A DNA stretch of 29,517 nucleotides from Candidatus Wolframiiraptor sinensis (GTDB taxonomy: Archaea; Thermoproteota; Nitrososphaeria_A; Caldarchaeales; Wolframiiraptoraceae), in the NCBI GenBank assembly GCA_023261815.1, contig JALNKA010000014.1, forward strand, positions 1 through 29,517, given 5' to 3'. The notes under the pieces were generated by a model that was not told the origin of the DNA, ran no database searches, and worked only from the letters and a program-made list of their open reading frames with translations. A program made the translations under genes and the position numbers. Below, in pieces: positions 26,787 to 29,517 of this stretch (within the stretch, counting starts at the first letter, position 1; every line of letters begins with the position of its first letter).

Positions 26787-27878
26787 TTAGAGCTCCAGGC
26801 TTCTCACATCGATGTAGGCTAAAGGTGATCCTCCTCTGGATCCTGGCGTAACATAGACTTTGTCGGGGAACTGTATCGCGAGGCTATTGAATGCGTCGTG
26901 CATCATGCTTAGATTAGCTATCGAGCCTAATTCTATCAGCGATATTATCGCCATGCACTCGAGCCTTAACAGGTCAACGTTCTCCCCGAAATGCCTGCTC
27001 ATGATGTTATACGTCTCGATGATTGCTCTTGATGCCTCGTACCTGTCGGCCTGCCTATACACCTTCTCAAGCGGCTTAAGGAACTCCCCGAAGAGGTATT
27101 GCTCGATCCTCTCCGGCGGAAGGGATGCGAGCTTCAATATTCTCTCGGGGTCATAGATCATCTGAGTATTCACTTCGTATTTTCCCCTACCGCTCCGCTT
27201 GAGCACGCCGCAGTCGACAAGCCACTCGAATCTCGGCGGAGCTATGTGCCTGTACTTCGCGTACTGGCTGCTCTTTATCCACTCGACCTTATCTCTTATC
27301 ATGAGCCTGCGCTCCCTGAACTTCTCGGCCTCTTGAACCTCCCTCATCCTGCTCTTTGGCAGAACCCGCTTCAGCGCCTGCGGATAGGCCTCCTCCATCG
27401 CGTATATCATCGCCTCCTGCCTCCTGAACTTCCCCTTCTTTATCGCCCAGCCGACTATCATTTGTATGAACGGGTAGTCTCTCGTGAAGATGTTCCAGAG
27501 GAAGAAGAGCTTCTCGGCATCATTCAGCATCAGGAGGTCTATCAGCCTCATAGACCTATCTCCCTCTACGAGCCTCCTAAATCTTGAGGCGCTTCTCGAG
27601 CACAGGTAAAGCTTCCCAAAGACCCCAAGCCTCTGGCTCTTCCTATCTATCAGGTCGAGCTCCGCGGCCAGGGTTACGTAGTTTCTAGCGTTCACGAGGC
27701 TGGTTATGAGGCCGATCGGCCGCCCAGTCAGGAAATCCCTGTCGCCAACGCTCCTGACGATCTCGTGGAGGACGGATGCGAGGAAATCGAACGTCTTCGG
27801 AGCCTCATCCTCCAGCAGGCATGGTATTATCCTGAGGTAGCCGAGCCTGCAGATGTCGCCGTGAGCCTCCAGTATCAT
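26787..27878 (-). CDS. Hypothetical protein, possibly several winged-helix domains, coupled to the methyltransferase
   Basis: 363-aa ORF with an ATGA overlap with the MTase stop; PRFEWLVDCGVLKRSGRGKYEV is WH-like. Confidence 0.75.
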   Translation of the reverse strand: MILEAHGDICRLGYLRIIPCLLEDEAPKTFDFLASVLHEIVRSVGDRDFLTGRPIGLITSLVNARNYVTLAAELDLIDRKSQRLGVFGKLYLCSRSASRFRRLVEGDRSMRLIDLLMLNDAEKLFFLWNIFTRDYPFIQMIVGWAIKKGKFRRQEAMIYAMEEAYPQALKRVLPKSRMREVQEAEKFRERRLMIRDKVEWIKSSQYAKYRHIAPPRFEWLVDCGVLKRSGRGKYEVNTQMIYDPERILKLASLPPERIEQYLFGEFLKPLEKVYRQADRYEASRAIIETYNIMSRHFGENVDLLRLECMAIISLIELGSIANLSMMHDAFNSLAIQFPDKVYVTPGSRGGSPLAYIDVRSLEL

Positions 27879-29080
27879 CCAACCACCTCCTCCCTCGCGA
27901 TCGTCAGCGGCTTCGCATTCTCCCAGTCTATGCGGATCGGGCTCGGCTCGAAGTCCCCCTTATGGAGCTCCAGTATCACCTCCTTACTGACCCCGTCATC
28001 TTCCTTCAGGTACCAGAGATGCTTGTTCGACTTTGGTATGGAGTCGGAGATTATTCCAGCAACCTTGAATCCCATTTCCTCCGCGATCGGCGCTGTTACC
28101 TCGGCCATGTCTATTATCATGCCCTTCAGCTTAACCCTTCCGAGAACTATCACCGCGGCTCTATCCCATTTAAGAACCCTGAAGATCTCCTCCAAAACAT
28201 CCTTGATGAACTGCTTGAACTTCTTGACGGACTCGGTGTGGAAAAGCCTCCGCGCGACGTCCTCGTAATCGTATCCCAGGAACCAGAGCCTGAGCCAGTT
28301 ATCCCAAGCATATGTCTGCATATTGAAGTATGGTGGCGAGGTTATGACGAAGTCCACGGACTCATCCTCGATCGGGAGTCTTCTAGCATCCTCCATGTAC
28401 GCCTCGCCCCTAACCGCCGGTATCCCATCCCTGAAAACCCTCTCGGCCTTCATCCTCAAGCACCTCAGCACGTTTCTCCTCGGCTTCCTCACGCAATTCT
28501 CCCTAACATACCTCTTCACGTAGCCAGGCGCCATGGAGAAGGAATGGGAGCACCTGACGCTTAGATGCATTCTCGTCGGGCCGTGGAGTATCCCGAGCAT
28601 GAGAGCTCTGATGAAGTTCGCGAGATCCTCGTCGCCAGTCTCATCTATCAGGTCGCGCACCGCGAGAATCTGCCTCAGCGTGTAATTGCTGAAGAACGCC
28701 TTGACGTCATCGCTGACTTCGGATAACCTGTAGCTCGAGGGATTCATCCTGGCCTCAGCCCACCTTATCCATTCTAAAACGCGCTTGTAGGGGACGGGCC
28801 TAACCTTCGCCTTAGTCAAGACATAGGCCTCCGGAGAGAGGTCATTGCCTATTCCGACCCTGCCGTTTAGGCAAGCCTCGAGCGGCGCAGTCCCCTTACC
28901 GCTAAACGGGTCGAGAACCACGTCCCCGAACCTCGAGTACTTCATGATGAAGTAGTAGGCTAGAGCCGGGGGGAAGCTTCCAGTCCTAGAGCAGATCCTA
29001 TGTAGGGCGATACCCCATCCATCCCTCGCCCGCTTCCACGAATCCGTGAGCTCATAGCTCAGAAGGCATGTAGCCTGCAA
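27875..29080 (-). CDS. SAM-dependent DNA amino-methyltransferase (probably m4C, alpha-type motif order)
   Basis: Motif X FPP, then motif I DPFSGKGT, a long insert, and motif IV TSPPY. Confidence 0.85.
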   Translation of the reverse strand: MQATCLLSYELTDSWKRARDGWGIALHRICSRTGSFPPALAYYFIMKYSRFGDVVLDPFSGKGTAPLEACLNGRVGIGNDLSPEAYVLTKAKVRPVPYKRVLEWIRWAEARMNPSSYRLSEVSDDVKAFFSNYTLRQILAVRDLIDETGDEDLANFIRALMLGILHGPTRMHLSVRCSHSFSMAPGYVKRYVRENCVRKPRRNVLRCLRMKAERVFRDGIPAVRGEAYMEDARRLPIEDESVDFVITSPPYFNMQTYAWDNWLRLWFLGYDYEDVARRLFHTESVKKFKQFIKDVLEEIFRVLKWDRAAVIVLGRVKLKGMIIDMAEVTAPIAEEMGFKVAGIISDSIPKSNKHLWYLKEDDGVSKEVILELHKGDFEPSPIRIDWENAKPLTIAREEVVG

Positions 29081-29352
29081 GGCGGCGGCGCTTTCGAGTC
29101 AGCGGCTTTATCCATTCATCTCAAAATGGCCAGAAAATAATTCGCGAGAAACCTCTAGGTATGCTACTGGATATTCGGATTCGAAGAATATGCTCGAGAG
29201 AACATCGCCGGCTGCGGATAAGATCCGCGTATATCGCGTGAGAACACTCCGCGAATAACGGGGAGAAGATGATCCGCGACGAAGCATCCTCAGCATTAGC
29301 ACGCCTTAAAGTGGTCAAAGCATCCTCCCAGGCCTCACCCCCGGATCTTATG

Positions 29353-29360
29353 TTTTAATA
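29353..29360 (+). promoter_or_regulatory. Putative TATA box of the tRNA gene
   Basis: TTTTAATA ~30 nt upstream of the tRNA 5' end. Confidence 0.55.
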
Positions 29361-29390
29361 GAAGCCTGAGAGATAGTATTATCCCGGGGA

Positions 29391-29517
29391 AGCCCGGTCG
29401 TCTAGCGGCCAAACCCACAGCTGGTCAGAATAGTTGTGGGGGTTAAGGATCTCGGGCTCTGGATCGGGCTCTCCGAGGAGAGCCCCGAGGACCCCGGTTC
29501 GAATCCGGGCCGGGCTA
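29391..29517 (+). tRNA. tRNA-Gln(CUG) with two introns (21/22: 29413-29446; 37/38: 29463-29482)
   Basis: Acceptor AGCCCGG/CCGGGCT (A1-U72, typical of archaeal tRNA-Gln), anticodon stem TCGGG/CCCGA, CTG at 29459-29461, T-arm CCCGG-TTCGAAT-CCGGG. Both inserts fold as BHB-type motifs. Confidence 0.93.

Noticed and set aside
27875-29080. Trm11-type tRNA methyltransferase
   Set aside because: There is no THUMP domain, and SPPY with a long insert between motifs I and IV fits a DNA MTase better.
29108-29318. Short ORFs between the MTase and the tRNA
   Set aside because: Two overlapping frames with no recognisable motif (no controller-protein HTH); cannot be supported.

Overview
This is an archaeal chromosomal window. 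The gene content (Alba, eIF2-alpha, Nop10, eIF5A, AglB, PurP pair, a two-intron tRNA) points to a thermophilic TACK-group archaeon, possibly Aigarchaeota/Caldarchaeales; the taxonomy is an inference. Most of it is housekeeping: Sec61-beta, an MBL-fold nuclease, DUF2070, rpl44e, rps27e-eif2a-nop10-PAC2, aglB, ychF, NAD kinase-nob1-archaemetzincin, two purP, dph6, eif5a, glnA and tRNA-Gln(CUG). The strongest leads are: (1) a compact operon encoding a hinge-less, hook-less Smc5/6-like ATPase, a kleisin and an Nse1/Nse3-like kite; (2) a 5'-truncated IS110/Nop-domain gene that appears to lack the catalytic-serine loop and overlaps a ~120-nt structured RNA with a box C motif, with a decayed second copy at ~21.8 kb; (3) an intact class III aminotransferase homologue that has lost its PLP-binding Lys and Asp; (4) an SPPY-type DNA methyltransferase coupled to an unknown 363-aa protein next to the tRNA. 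All family calls come from motif recognition by eye; no database searches were run.
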